Below the pieces are notes generated by a model. It made no database searches. It had not been told where the DNA came from and saw only the letters and a list, made by a program, of their open reading frames with translations. Position numbers and translations under genes: made by a program. From Ignavibacteria bacterium UBA961 (lineage in GTDB: Bacteria > Bacteroidota > Ignavibacteria > Kapaibacteriales > UBA961): DNA of 47,851 nt. Of this stretch, positions 25,738-35,641 are shown piece by piece (position 1 is the stretch's first letter; every line of letters starts with the position of its first letter). Location: positions 6,204-54,054 of the forward strand of contig DBCJ01000128.1 in assembly GCA_002293005.1 (NCBI GenBank), in the 5' to 3' direction.

Positions 25738-26745
25738 TCAATCTGAATGCAGATGTGACTTGACTATTGCTCTTGCTGCCATACTTGGAACAGTTATGCC
25801 ATTTGCGATATATTGTAAGGCCTCTATTTTGGCTTGTTTGATTGATTCCTGCTTTTCTGCCCACAGTATAAGCTCTCTATGAAATGCAAGTTCAAACCAC
25901 TCCTGATTCTGCATATTTCTGCGTCCAGCCATTGCATGATGGTGTGGGGCTGATATCTGAAAGAAATCGTCACATAATTGTAATAATTCCAGGATGCCAT
26001 TGCCATGCAAACCCGAACCGGTCATTGCTTGAACTTTCCAATCCTCTGTTGGGGAATGCATGAGCGTGAGAGCGCTTTGAATTTGGGATTTGGACATATC
26101 AGCAAATGACTCCAAATCACCATCGGATTTATTGATGAAGATGATATCTGCCAATTCCATGATACCTCTTTTGATTCCTTGTACTTCATCGCCTGCCATT
26201 GGTAATGTCAGAAGCAAGAAAAGATCGGTCATTGATCGCACCTCAACCTCGGATTGTCCTACACCCACCGTTTCAATAAGAATAGTAGTGAATCCTGCCG
26301 CTTCGCATATAAGAAGTGCTTCTCGGGTTGCATTGGAAACTCCGCCTAAGGTCAATCGAGAAGGCGAAGGCCGAATATATGCATCTTCGGATCTAGCCAA
26401 TACAGGCATCCGTACTTTATCACCCAAAATGCTCCCGCCATGAGATTGACTACTCGGATCAATAGCCAATACAGCCACTCTCTCACCTTTCTCGATGCAG
26501 GCCAAACCAAATGTCTCAATAAATGTGGATTTTCCAACACCCGGACTTCCAGTTATTCCGATTCTTTTGGACTTTCCCGTATCAGGTAAAATAGATTGTA
26601 ATAATTGTTCAGTCAGATTGCGATCTTCATCCAATGAACTCTCGGCGAGTGAAATGGCTTTGGACAAAGCTCTCCGATTTCCTGCTTTAATATCTGAAAT
26701 CAAAGAGGGTAATGATTGATACTTTTCCGGATTTGAATGAGACAT
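25738..26745 (-). CDS. meaB: MeaB/ArgK-type G3E GTPase (methylmalonyl-CoA mutase accessory protein family)
   Basis: P-loop GITGSPGVGKSTFIE, plus AIDPSS, ETVGVGQSE and NKSD motifs. I place the start at ATG 26745 (MSHSNPEKYQ...), because the longer track ORF (to 26886) would overlap the divergent OmpA-like gene. Confidence 0.85.
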   Translation of the reverse strand: MSHSNPEKYQSLPSLISDIKAGNRRALSKAISLAESSLDEDRNLTEQLLQSILPDTGKSKRIGITGSPGVGKSTFIETFGLACIEKGERVAVLAIDPSSQSHGGSILGDKVRMPVLARSEDAYIRPSPSRLTLGGVSNATREALLICEAAGFTTILIETVGVGQSEVEVRSMTDLFLLLTLPMAGDEVQGIKRGIMELADIIFINKSDGDLESFADMSKSQIQSALTLMHSPTEDWKVQAMTGSGLHGNGILELLQLCDDFFQISAPHHHAMAGRRNMQNQEWFELAFHRELILWAEKQESIKQAKIEALQYIANGITVPSMAARAIVKSHLHSD

Positions 26746-26869
26746 ATTCAGCTCTGCAGTAAGAATTGGGAATCTTTTCTGTGACACAGTATGATACTTG
26801 CTTAGAAAGCTCATGGAATAATCCGTAAATTTACAACAATCAACAATCAATTCATTGGATAGAATCATC

Positions 26870-27745
26870 ATGAAAAAGCAAAGCAAAAGACAATGGAGCT
26901 CTACATTGCAAATTCTACTTGGATTATTGTTGATTCTATTCTCTTCCTCTTGTGTTTCGACTTCAACATATGATGCACAGGTGCAAAAAGCGGACTCTTT
27001 GCAGAAAGTACTTCAAGGTGTTATAGGTGAAAAAAATCAAGTTTCAGCCAGTAATGCGGGAAATCTTGCAATCATTGCCGATTTGAATGAAGAAATACGG
27101 ATATGTAAAGAAAAAGTACGCTCTCTTGAAAAGCAAGTCGAACAAGCTACAAAATCGAGCTCTGAGGAAATCAAAGGACTTTTGACTCAATTGGAGAAAG
27201 CAGAAGAAGATCTGTTCGAGAGAGAATCAAAACTCAGGGAATTGCAATCGCTTATCAAGCAAAGAGATTCTTCGATGAATGCGCTTCGTGTGAGAGTGGA
27301 ACAATCGCTTTTGGGCTTCAAAGACAGTGGACTTGAAATCGAAGTCAAGAATGGAAAAGTGTATGTAAAAATGTCCAATCAACTATTGTTCAAATCCGGT
27401 TCAACGGTTATTGATCAAAGAGGACGAGATGCATTATCGCAATTGGCCATGGTACTCTCTCAGCAAACCGATATTTCCGTCATGATTGAAGGTCACACTG
27501 ATAATAAGCCAATCAATAATGCGCGTATTGCCGATAATTGGGATTTGAGTGTACTGCGTTCCACTGAAGTTGCAAGGATTCTAACCATTGAGAATGGTAT
27601 TGATCCCAAGCGAATCATTGCATCCGGTAGAAGCGAATTCATGCCCACTGATGAAGCTGATACTCAAGAGGCCCGAGCAAAAAACAGAAGAACCGAAATC
27701 ATACTTAGTCCGAAACTTGATGAATTATTCAACTTGGTGAAATAA
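26870..27745 (+). CDS. OmpA/MotB-domain lipoprotein with a long coiled-coil linker
   Basis: Signal peptide ending ...LILFSSSC (lipobox-like). Coiled-coil spans roughly aa 40-150. The C-terminal OmpA-like peptidoglycan-binding domain reads IEGHTDNKP...DNWDLSVLRSTEVARIL...GRSEF.P......EARAKNRRTEI. The ATG at 26870 is preferred over the TTG at 26855. Confidence 0.8.
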   Translation: MKKQSKRQWSSTLQILLGLLLILFSSSCVSTSTYDAQVQKADSLQKVLQGVIGEKNQVSASNAGNLAIIADLNEEIRICKEKVRSLEKQVEQATKSSSEEIKGLLTQLEKAEEDLFERESKLRELQSLIKQRDSSMNALRVRVEQSLLGFKDSGLEIEVKNGKVYVKMSNQLLFKSGSTVIDQRGRDALSQLAMVLSQQTDISVMIEGHTDNKPINNARIADNWDLSVLRSTEVARILTIENGIDPKRIIASGRSEFMPTDEADTQEARAKNRRTEIILSPKLDELFNLVK

Positions 27746-27749
27746 AATA

Positions 27750-28547
27750 ATGAATGCATTTGATAAAATGATAGCAAGGCAGTCTGCAATTTTTTCAAGA
27801 TTATGCATTGGTCTTGATACCGAATTGTCAAAGATTCCCGAACATTTGCATGGACTTGAATCACCGATTCTTGCTTTCAATCAGCAAATCATTGATGCCA
27901 CGAGCGAATATGCAAGTGCATATAAAATCAATACCGCCTTTTATGAGCAATATGGATTAAGTGGTTGGGAAGCGCTCAAGCAAACCATTGAGATGATTCC
28001 AAATGAAATATTTACCATTGCGGATGCAAAAAGAGCCGATATCGGAAATACCTCTGCGGCATATGCTCGAGCTGTCTTCGATGATTTGAATTGCGATGCA
28101 ATTACCGTGAATCCATATATGGGATATGATTCTTTGGCTCCTTTCCTTGAAAGGGAAGACCGCATGGTGATTGTTTTGGCTCTCACTTCAAATCCGGGAT
28201 CATCTGATTTTCAGCGATTGATTTCCGATGGCAAACCAATGTATCAACATGTCATTGAGACAGTATTGTCATGGAAAAGAAATGCATCCATTGGATTTGT
28301 GATTGGAGCAACGCATCCGGAAGAACTTGCATTGATTAGACAATATGCATCCGATGCGGTATTGCTCATACCTGGAATAGGAGCACAAGGTGGAGATATA
28401 GATGCAATAATGAAGGCCAATGGAAATGGTCCGGTCTTTATCAATGTTTCAAGGGGAATCCAGTATGCCGGGGCAGGCGAACAATTTGGGGAGAAAGCAC
28501 ATGAAGCGGCAAAATTCTATAAAGAAAGAATCGGATATACTGCATGA
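27750..28547 (+). CDS. pyrF: orotidine 5'-phosphate decarboxylase (type 2, long form)
   Basis: 265-aa ORF with LCIGLDT, IADAKRADIGNT and the PGIGAQGG phosphate-binding loop. Confidence 0.9.
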   Translation: MNAFDKMIARQSAIFSRLCIGLDTELSKIPEHLHGLESPILAFNQQIIDATSEYASAYKINTAFYEQYGLSGWEALKQTIEMIPNEIFTIADAKRADIGNTSAAYARAVFDDLNCDAITVNPYMGYDSLAPFLEREDRMVIVLALTSNPGSSDFQRLISDGKPMYQHVIETVLSWKRNASIGFVIGATHPEELALIRQYASDAVLLIPGIGAQGGDIDAIMKANGNGPVFINVSRGIQYAGAGEQFGEKAHEAAKFYKERIGYTA

Positions 28548-28554
28548 ACGACAA

Positions 28555-29472
28555 ATGCAGATCAAACTGCATGAATTATTGATTGGTGCAAATAGGGTGA
28601 TGCAAGGTGTTTCGGGGAAAACCATTCACATCTTGAATCCGGGACGAATAAATCCTTATCCGGGTCCGGACTTCTTGGATATGGCAATGCTCATCAATGG
28701 GAAATTGATGATTGGCAATGGTGAATTCCATAAGATTGCATCTGATTGGTTTTCACATAAACATCATTTGGATCCTAGATATGCGGATGTCCTATTGCAT
28801 ATTGTTTGTAAGCAAGACATCAATGTTCAAGTCGCCAAAGAAACACTGATTATTCCTCACGATGAAATCTCTGCAATACAGTCAAAAGTCGCTTATGTTT
28901 CCCTTACTAATTTGGATGATTTGCAAGATTATGCATTCCGTCGATTGATGCGACGATGTAATGAAGTGCATGTGCTGGAGTTTTCTATATCAGATCCCAA
29001 AGAGCAATTGATTGCATACTGCATGATATTCTTGAAGAAGAGGATGAATCAAAGAAGAAGGATTTTTGTACAGTCGGAAGACCTTGGAGCCATAATACAG
29101 ATGTTCATCCATTCTCCTATCATTCATGCGATCATGAATGGTGCAGAAATTCCAATCGATATCACAATACTGAATGTTCGATCAAGAAATGGTATATATA
29201 CTCATCTGTTCTCAGAACTATTTGTCAATGTGTTTCACCCATTTTTAGTCAATCTTCAAAGTGAAAATAGAGGACAATTGATCGAATGGTATTGGCTGCA
29301 AAGAAGCGTCACACAGTATCGTTCACTCTCAAGAAGATTTCCTGATATTCCACAGCAATATATGTGGCAACAGCAGGGAATTCTGGAATTTCTGAGGACT
29401 GAATATTCGGGTGGAATTTCATGTGGAGAATGTAATCTTACATATCTTCATTACTATGTAAGCGTACAATAA
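28555..29472 (+). CDS. DUF2851 family protein
   Basis: G..I.ILNPG..N...GPDF..A...I.G....G.GEFH..ASDW..H.HH.DP.Y..V.LHIV matches my recollection of the DUF2851 N-terminal core. The start is set at ATG 28555, 7 nt after the pyrF stop. The track ORF start at 28420 lies inside pyrF. Confidence 0.6.
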   Translation: MQIKLHELLIGANRVMQGVSGKTIHILNPGRINPYPGPDFLDMAMLINGKLMIGNGEFHKIASDWFSHKHHLDPRYADVLLHIVCKQDINVQVAKETLIIPHDEISAIQSKVAYVSLTNLDDLQDYAFRRLMRRCNEVHVLEFSISDPKEQLIAYCMIFLKKRMNQRRRIFVQSEDLGAIIQMFIHSPIIHAIMNGAEIPIDITILNVRSRNGIYTHLFSELFVNVFHPFLVNLQSENRGQLIEWYWLQRSVTQYRSLSRRFPDIPQQYMWQQQGILEFLRTEYSGGISCGECNLTYLHYYVSVQ

Positions 29473-29475
29473 AAA

Positions 29476-29500
29476 AGCCCGTGAAAATTATTCACGGGCT
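29476..29500 (-). terminator. intrinsic terminator hairpin between convergent genes
   Basis: Perfect 10-bp stem AGCCCGTGAA (29476..29485) / TTCACGGGCT (29491..29500) with a 5-nt loop AATTA. The A-run at 29471..29475 on the plus strand becomes a U-tract after the hairpin for the minus-strand (SBBP gene) transcript. There is no U-tract for the plus-strand transcript. Confidence 0.65.
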
Positions 29501-29525
29501 AGAGCTTACAATGTAATTGCAAGAA

Positions 29526-32500
29526 TTATTGTTTGATGATGCATTGTTTGGAATTGGACATGCCACCAATCTTCACATTGATCCAATATGAACCGCTTGC
29601 CAAACCTGATGGCAAACGATATTCATGTACTTCGGATGCATTGATCATACCTTCAAATACATGTTGAATGAGTTCACCTGTTCCGGACATCAATGAGATG
29701 GACGCCATTCCTGCTTTGAGAGAATTCACGGTGAAATGCATGTCATTGGCATCTTGACCAAATACTTTGATTTGAATGTCATTTGATTGTTCTTTCACAG
29801 ATTCGGAAACTGAACTTGGTGGACTAACCACAACTTTTGCGACTGCACTTGTATCAATTCCGCATTCGCCTATAATGATCACAAAATAATCGCCGGAATT
29901 ACCTGTATTTGTAGAAGGAAGTCTATACATCGAGTCAGTTGCATTATTGATCTTTGCGCCATCAACATACCACTGATATTCAAGCTTTGTTCCTTCTGCT
30001 ACTACCTTTAACTCAAGAGGAGAACCTGAAGTGATTGAGACGCCTTTAGGTTCATTTGTAACTCTAGTTGTGGGCTTCACAAAGAGTCTTGCAGGTTGTG
30101 ATTGAGTTGCTCTGCAACCTGTATTGACAGTGGCCACATAATCTCCCGCATCGGTCGGCTTGACAGCAGGAATCGTCAACACGGAATCACGAGCACCTTG
30201 AATGATATTGCCCTTGAATCTCCATTCATATGTTCCTTTTCCATTGCCTTTCACGCTAATTCTGAATTGAGAACCGGGACAAAGTGAATCGCCAATGGGT
30301 TGTTCTGTGATTACAGTTGGCTCACCAATCTTGAATGTTGTATCGCTAATATCACGAAGACCTGATGCGACATTGATTACTCTTGCTCTATACACAGTAC
30401 CGCCAACATAGTCATCTGGAATCTTCCAAGGGAAATTACCACCTGTGAGATCTTTGGCAACAGTATTCCAAGTTTTGCCATTGTCAGAGGATAGTTGAAC
30501 TGAAACAAGTTCAGTGGCAGTAAGTCCTTCTTTCGTCCATGCAAAATTCATATTGCTTCCCGGACAAAAAGTACCAAAAGCACTAGGTGAACTCATTGAA
30601 AGATTACCAAAAGCATATTTGGCAACAAATCCATTTGTTCCTGATCCCGGAGTGGTATTATTAGTTTCATCGAATGTTGCCAAATCAGGTGAAGTTGAAA
30701 CTCCACAAAAATAGAAATCACCTCTTGATGTCTCAACAATTGCTTTTACGATATCTTCACCTGTTCCACCGAAATAAGAAGAGTAAATGACTTCGGACAA
30801 ATCATTGGTAAGTTTCATGACTACTCCGTCTTTCGGTCCACCGCCATATCCACCATCAGGATTTTTAATTCCAATATTATTACTGCTGAAATCTCTTGAA
30901 CTTGTCCATCCCGAAAGCAATACTTGCGATGTACCGGGAATAAAGTCAACTGCTGTAGCGGATTCAGTTCCTGAAGTACCAAAGACGGCGGAATTTACAA
31001 GTACACGACCATTTGATGAAATTCTTGAAACAAATATATCCAATCCACCTTTTGAGGACGTGGTAGTACCAACAATTGGAAATGAAGTTGTTATTCCGGT
31101 TCCAAAATCAGTTTCACCACATACTACTACAGTACCGTCATCGAGTGGTGTGAGTCCTGTGATACGATCATTTCCATTGCCACCAAGATAGCCAAGAAAC
31201 TGAGTGTTCGCGCTTGAGTGAGTGCCTGAAATACCAAACTTGGCAACAAATCCATCGTCTTTTTGATTGAATGTATTATCCCATGGTCTTCTTGAATTGT
31301 CTATGTTCGGCCAAGTTCCAATAGTTGGATATGCTCCGTTTGCAATTCCTTGTCCTGTTGTACCAGCAATGAATATTGCGTTAAAACTTGGATCATAACC
31401 AACACCTGTTACTCGGTCATCACCATCACCACCGATATAACTTGCAAAATTGATGAGTGATCCTGAAGGTCTAAACTCCATCATGAAGCCATCTGTCAAT
31501 GCCTTCTTCAAATTCTGATATGCACCATTGTCCCTGGGATAATCGGATGAATTTGTGACACCGCCAACAAGCAATTCACCTGTTGGTCTTGCTGCGATTG
31601 CAAGAACTCTATCATCCAAAGATCCGGGGATATAACTGGAATAGACCAATTGTGAACCATTGGAAGAAAGCTTCGCTACGAATCCGTCGATTCCTGCTTT
31701 GAATGCATCTTTCCATGAAGTTGACAATGGGAAATTGGTTGAACCGGTTTCCCCACCAACAAAAATTCCACCATTGAAATCAATTGCTACAGCATTGATG
31801 ATATCATCACCACCACCGCCTAGGTAGGTTAAACTGAGAATATTTTGAAGTTGTGGAGAATAACGAATAATAACACCGTCAATCCCGCCATTATACTGAG
31901 TATCATAGGAACCTGTAATCACAGGCAAATCTTCAGTTTCTGTTGACCCTGCAGCAACAACATTACCTGCATTGTCAAGGACCACTCCATTGATTGCATC
32001 AGCACCTGCATTACCAAGATATGTGCTGTACACAAGAGGATCAATGATCAATGTTTTTTTCTTGTCATATGAAGCCAAAGAGAAAACAAAACCTCTTTCT
32101 GACTTGGTGAATGAACAAGGAACTGTGACTTTTGAACCTGATTCATCATATTGAAATGCGTGAATTTTACCATGCTCAATGCTACCAAATCGAGTTTTGA
32201 TTGATAGCGCGCCGTCTTTTCCAGTTGATGCTTCAGCACCTGCAAAATTCACAATGATTTTGCCTGGATCAGTTCCGGGCTGTACATGGAAATCATAACG
32301 AGGATTTGCTCCATCAAATGAATACACGATATCAATTCCATCATATACCTGAGGTATGCGAACGGTTGAATATGTAGGGACATTGAGTCTCCATTCATTT
32401 GAATGCTTCCCTCTGAAATAATTTACGATTGTCGGACTTTGAACTTCGCCAAATCCCTTCGGAATCAATGCGCCGGGCATTGTCATCTCAAAGGCATGCC

Positions 32501-32744
32501 CCTTTTTGGTTTTCAATCCATGAGGATTGCGGTCAACTGTATATAAGTCATGAACAATTCCTTTTTCGGTTATCCATAGGTTCATGGATGGTGTTTTAGC
32601 CATATAATGAACAGATGCAGGCCACTGTCCCACATTGGGGATAAATATTCCTTTTTGTGGAATATTTGTGCTTGCCATCATATGTGACATTGAAAAAAGA
32701 AAGAGAACAATGCAAAAAGAACGAAGGATCTGTCTTAATGACAT
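29526..32744 (-). CDS. large secreted SBBP beta-propeller-repeat protein with two Ig (I-set-like) domains and a T9SS C-terminal sorting domain
   Basis: Signal peptide (...FLFSMSHMMA). It carries at least 6 repeats of the SBBP pattern: DGFVAKLSSNGSQLVYSSYI, DGFMMEFRPSGSLINFASYIGGDGDD, DGFVAKFGISG, LDIFVSRISSNGRVL, DGVVMKLTNDLSEVIYSSYFGGTGED, NGFVAKYAF. Two Ig modules end in DAGDYVATVNTGC and NSGDYFVIIIGEC. CTD-like tail is ASISLMSGTGELI...LASGSYWINVKIGG...IIKQ. The ATG at 32744 is preferred over the TTG at 32762. Confidence 0.8.
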   Translation of the reverse strand: MSLRQILRSFCIVLFLFSMSHMMASTNIPQKGIFIPNVGQWPASVHYMAKTPSMNLWITEKGIVHDLYTVDRNPHGLKTKKGHAFEMTMPGALIPKGFGEVQSPTIVNYFRGKHSNEWRLNVPTYSTVRIPQVYDGIDIVYSFDGANPRYDFHVQPGTDPGKIIVNFAGAEASTGKDGALSIKTRFGSIEHGKIHAFQYDESGSKVTVPCSFTKSERGFVFSLASYDKKKTLIIDPLVYSTYLGNAGADAINGVVLDNAGNVVAAGSTETEDLPVITGSYDTQYNGGIDGVIIRYSPQLQNILSLTYLGGGGDDIINAVAIDFNGGIFVGGETGSTNFPLSTSWKDAFKAGIDGFVAKLSSNGSQLVYSSYIPGSLDDRVLAIAARPTGELLVGGVTNSSDYPRDNGAYQNLKKALTDGFMMEFRPSGSLINFASYIGGDGDDRVTGVGYDPSFNAIFIAGTTGQGIANGAYPTIGTWPNIDNSRRPWDNTFNQKDDGFVAKFGISGTHSSANTQFLGYLGGNGNDRITGLTPLDDGTVVVCGETDFGTGITTSFPIVGTTTSSKGGLDIFVSRISSNGRVLVNSAVFGTSGTESATAVDFIPGTSQVLLSGWTSSRDFSSNNIGIKNPDGGYGGGPKDGVVMKLTNDLSEVIYSSYFGGTGEDIVKAIVETSRGDFYFCGVSTSPDLATFDETNNTTPGSGTNGFVAKYAFGNLSMSSPSAFGTFCPGSNMNFAWTKEGLTATELVSVQLSSDNGKTWNTVAKDLTGGNFPWKIPDDYVGGTVYRARVINVASGLRDISDTTFKIGEPTVITEQPIGDSLCPGSQFRISVKGNGKGTYEWRFKGNIIQGARDSVLTIPAVKPTDAGDYVATVNTGCRATQSQPARLFVKPTTRVTNEPKGVSITSGSPLELKVVAEGTKLEYQWYVDGAKINNATDSMYRLPSTNTGNSGDYFVIIIGECGIDTSAVAKVVVSPPSSVSESVKEQSNDIQIKVFGQDANDMHFTVNSLKAGMASISLMSGTGELIQHVFEGMINASEVHEYRLPSGLASGSYWINVKIGGMSNSKQCIIKQ

Positions 32745-32779
32745 AAGCTTCAACTCCGACAAACTATAAAAATATATAT

Positions 32780-35605
32780 TTAACGATGTAAAACAAATGG
32801 CATAATACTTGAATTATTGCCATTCAAACAGAGGAAATATACTCCTTGTGTTAATAAGCTTTTTTCTATGTGAACAAAGCCATCACCAATAAGACCATTG
32901 AATACATTCCGACCTTGCAAGTTAAGCAGAGAAAATGTTTGTATTGCATGATTTTTATCTCCGCAAATTTCAAAGTGTATTGCAATATCATCTTCAGACA
33001 TTATGATGCCAGTCTCTTCTGAAAACTCATCAATCGAAACAGGACCTTCAACTTCTTCTATTGCTGATTGCAAATGATTTTTCAGCAAAGTACGGGAAGT
33101 ATCCGATCCAATGACGATATAAGAAATCACGGAATCGCCTGGAAGTAATGTTTTTTCGAACTTTGCTCCGCAAAACATTGATATATCACCACTTGCACCA
33201 TATTGAATGCTGTTTCCTGCATTTAAAAGAGCTGTGAACTCTTGATCTGTTCCTGAAAAAACAGATGCATTCATACCTGCAACTTGTGGCTTGAATGAAG
33301 TTTCATTCACGGGAGCAAAACACAAAATCCCTACAAAAGGATGCGGAAAGCCTGCAAAACGACCATTTCTCCAAGAAATTTCAGCATCGGCTCTTCCCAA
33401 CATGTGATTTGGAATTGCTTCTACGAAACGCTCAACTCTATTTTCTCTTCCATAATTACCGATATCCCAGTCCCCAAAAATGCCAAATCCGGGATTGAAT
33501 ATTGGGGAATCGTTCATGTTTGTCAGCGTAAACTTGAATGTTACACTATTCGGAGCAAGCTTTTCAATTGTTTGTTTGATCGAAATGCCTATGCGATTGC
33601 CACTTGGATTCAAACTATCCGTCAATACGGTATAGGCACCTTCTTTGGAATTGGCAAATCGAACTCTTGGCTCAAATCCTGAAGAATTAGGAAAACCTGT
33701 TATGATATTTCCCGAAGATCCCACAACTAGCCCGCCATCATAGAGCATGGATCCATGATTTTTTAATATAAATCCTAAGCCATCGAATTGTTCATTTCCT
33801 GCACTACCTACGGTTCTGTCATTAACATATCCCAATGAGCCGAAATCACCTATTGAAAATGCCAAATGATCGCTTTCAAAGTCTGTAATAACAGGAATTG
33901 GGCGTATAGGAATCAGTACTGTTGGAAGTGGACCATTATCCTCAAAAACTTTTAAAGAATGATAGAACTCAGCATCACTTTTTTCTTCAATGATCATTCG
34001 AAACACAATGCTTGAATCAATGGTACCAATTCCAATTCCATTAATAAATCTAAGTGTGTCCAATAGTTTGAAAGGTCTGAAGAATGTTTCCAACGCTGAA
34101 AAGCGAAGGACAATCATCTTGGCATCTCTATCGCTTATGTTTTTAATGAACAATTTTAATTGTATGGTGTCACCAACTGCTTTTCTTCTTACATCATCCA
34201 AACTCCAATCCACTTTGAGATATGGTCTTTCGAGTGGTGATTCCTGCAATGCACGCTGTATATTCACTCTTCCGGGGAGGAATCCAGTAAGAAATGTATT
34301 CGCCAAATCAATCGGATCTGCCGTTGCCTTTAGATGCTCTTCTATTACTTCCATGGATGCAGATGGATATTTCCCATGTACCAATGCAACACAACCTGCT
34401 ATGATTGGGGCGGCAAATGAAGTACCATTCATCGTGGTATAGGTGAAATCGAAATTGTCTGTAGTACGAACATTATATCCAGGCGCCATGATGTCCGTAG
34501 ACCATCCCCATGAAGAGCCCATGGATTTTGCATCTGAGATGTCGGTTTCTCCCACTGACATCACCCCGCGATATGATGCAGGGTACACAGGAGCACGATT
34601 ATTGTCATTACCTGATCCGGCAACAATCAAGACATTCCTTTCAACTGCAAAATCAATGATGCTTTGATTGATTTCCGAATAGGAATTGGCTGATCCCCAA
34701 CTGCAATTCAAAACAGGGAAGCCACGCATGATTCCATAAAGAATTCCTTCATATCCATATTCTACTCTATCTGAACCTTCTTTACCGGCCTTGATTGGAA
34801 AAAATCTGCATTTGGCACCTACTCCTGCAATGCCTTTTGCATTGTTCCAAGTTGCCGAAGCCACACCTGCGACAGTTGTTCCATGTCCATCATAATCAAG
34901 AAAAGTACTACCTGCAGGTGTTCCATCATTTGGCCATGCAAGATTGACTCCTCGAAAATCATCCATGAAACCATTTTGATCATCATCAATGCCATTGTTT
35001 TCGATTTCTGAACGATTGATTGAGATATTGTCCTTCAAATCTTCGTGATTTTGAAGAAAACCATTGTCAATGATACCTATGACAATGGATGAGTCTCCTG
35101 CATATATATCCCAAGCTTCAAATGCTTTAATCGTGTTCAGAAAATTTTGCTGAACCAGATAAGTATCATCAGGTCTGAATAGTACTAGTTCTGAAAATCG
35201 TGGTTCTGCTACTTCAATGAGATCAATTTCATTCTTGAGAACTTTTAATACAGCTGATATCGAAATCCCATCAGGAATGCTCATGGTATATGTACGAGAC
35301 AATCTCTCATGAGCAGGTTTGATGTGCAATCTTGTGGTCTGATCACTTGTATAGGGAATCCGTAGTGGCAGCGGAAGTATATGATTGAATGTGGATGCGG
35401 ATAAAACGGGAAGGGTTGATTGAGACAGTTGTATCTGAAGATCGTCTAGTGTTTTCAATGGTTTAAGGCGAATATTCATGGATTGAGCCTGCATGATATT
35501 CGATTGTATGCCATGAGCATTAGAATGAAAACTGAGGAGCATGCCGATTATGCCCGCAATCAGTTTTACGGTATTACTTGAGATATGTAGAGCGAAAATA
35601 TTCAT
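32780..35605 (-). CDS. secreted subtilisin-like serine protease (peptidase S8) with a long C-terminal extension and T9SS sorting domain
   Basis: 941-aa ORF with a signal peptide. The catalytic triad motifs are in S8 order: VIGIIDNGF (Asp), DGHGTTVAGVA (His), NGTSFAAPIIAG (Ser), with oxyanion NCSWGS. About 400 aa of unassigned sequence follows, then a CTD-like tail (FSLLNLQGRNVFNG...LTQGVYFLCLNG...FVLHR). Confidence 0.85.
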   Translation of the reverse strand: MNIFALHISSNTVKLIAGIIGMLLSFHSNAHGIQSNIMQAQSMNIRLKPLKTLDDLQIQLSQSTLPVLSASTFNHILPLPLRIPYTSDQTTRLHIKPAHERLSRTYTMSIPDGISISAVLKVLKNEIDLIEVAEPRFSELVLFRPDDTYLVQQNFLNTIKAFEAWDIYAGDSSIVIGIIDNGFLQNHEDLKDNISINRSEIENNGIDDDQNGFMDDFRGVNLAWPNDGTPAGSTFLDYDGHGTTVAGVASATWNNAKGIAGVGAKCRFFPIKAGKEGSDRVEYGYEGILYGIMRGFPVLNCSWGSANSYSEINQSIIDFAVERNVLIVAGSGNDNNRAPVYPASYRGVMSVGETDISDAKSMGSSWGWSTDIMAPGYNVRTTDNFDFTYTTMNGTSFAAPIIAGCVALVHGKYPSASMEVIEEHLKATADPIDLANTFLTGFLPGRVNIQRALQESPLERPYLKVDWSLDDVRRKAVGDTIQLKLFIKNISDRDAKMIVLRFSALETFFRPFKLLDTLRFINGIGIGTIDSSIVFRMIIEEKSDAEFYHSLKVFEDNGPLPTVLIPIRPIPVITDFESDHLAFSIGDFGSLGYVNDRTVGSAGNEQFDGLGFILKNHGSMLYDGGLVVGSSGNIITGFPNSSGFEPRVRFANSKEGAYTVLTDSLNPSGNRIGISIKQTIEKLAPNSVTFKFTLTNMNDSPIFNPGFGIFGDWDIGNYGRENRVERFVEAIPNHMLGRADAEISWRNGRFAGFPHPFVGILCFAPVNETSFKPQVAGMNASVFSGTDQEFTALLNAGNSIQYGASGDISMFCGAKFEKTLLPGDSVISYIVIGSDTSRTLLKNHLQSAIEEVEGPVSIDEFSEETGIIMSEDDIAIHFEICGDKNHAIQTFSLLNLQGRNVFNGLIGDGFVHIEKSLLTQGVYFLCLNGNNSSIMPFVLHR

Positions 35606-35641
35606 GGTATATGCAAAGACAATGCTTTCGGGAATTTGTTT

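Noticed and set aside
28420-28554. N-terminal 45 codons of the track ORF 28420..29472, which overlap the 3' end of pyrF in another frame
   Set aside because: The conserved DUF2851 core starts after the ATG at 28555, which lies 7 nt after the pyrF stop. The extension has no family resemblance and would require a 128-nt gene overlap.
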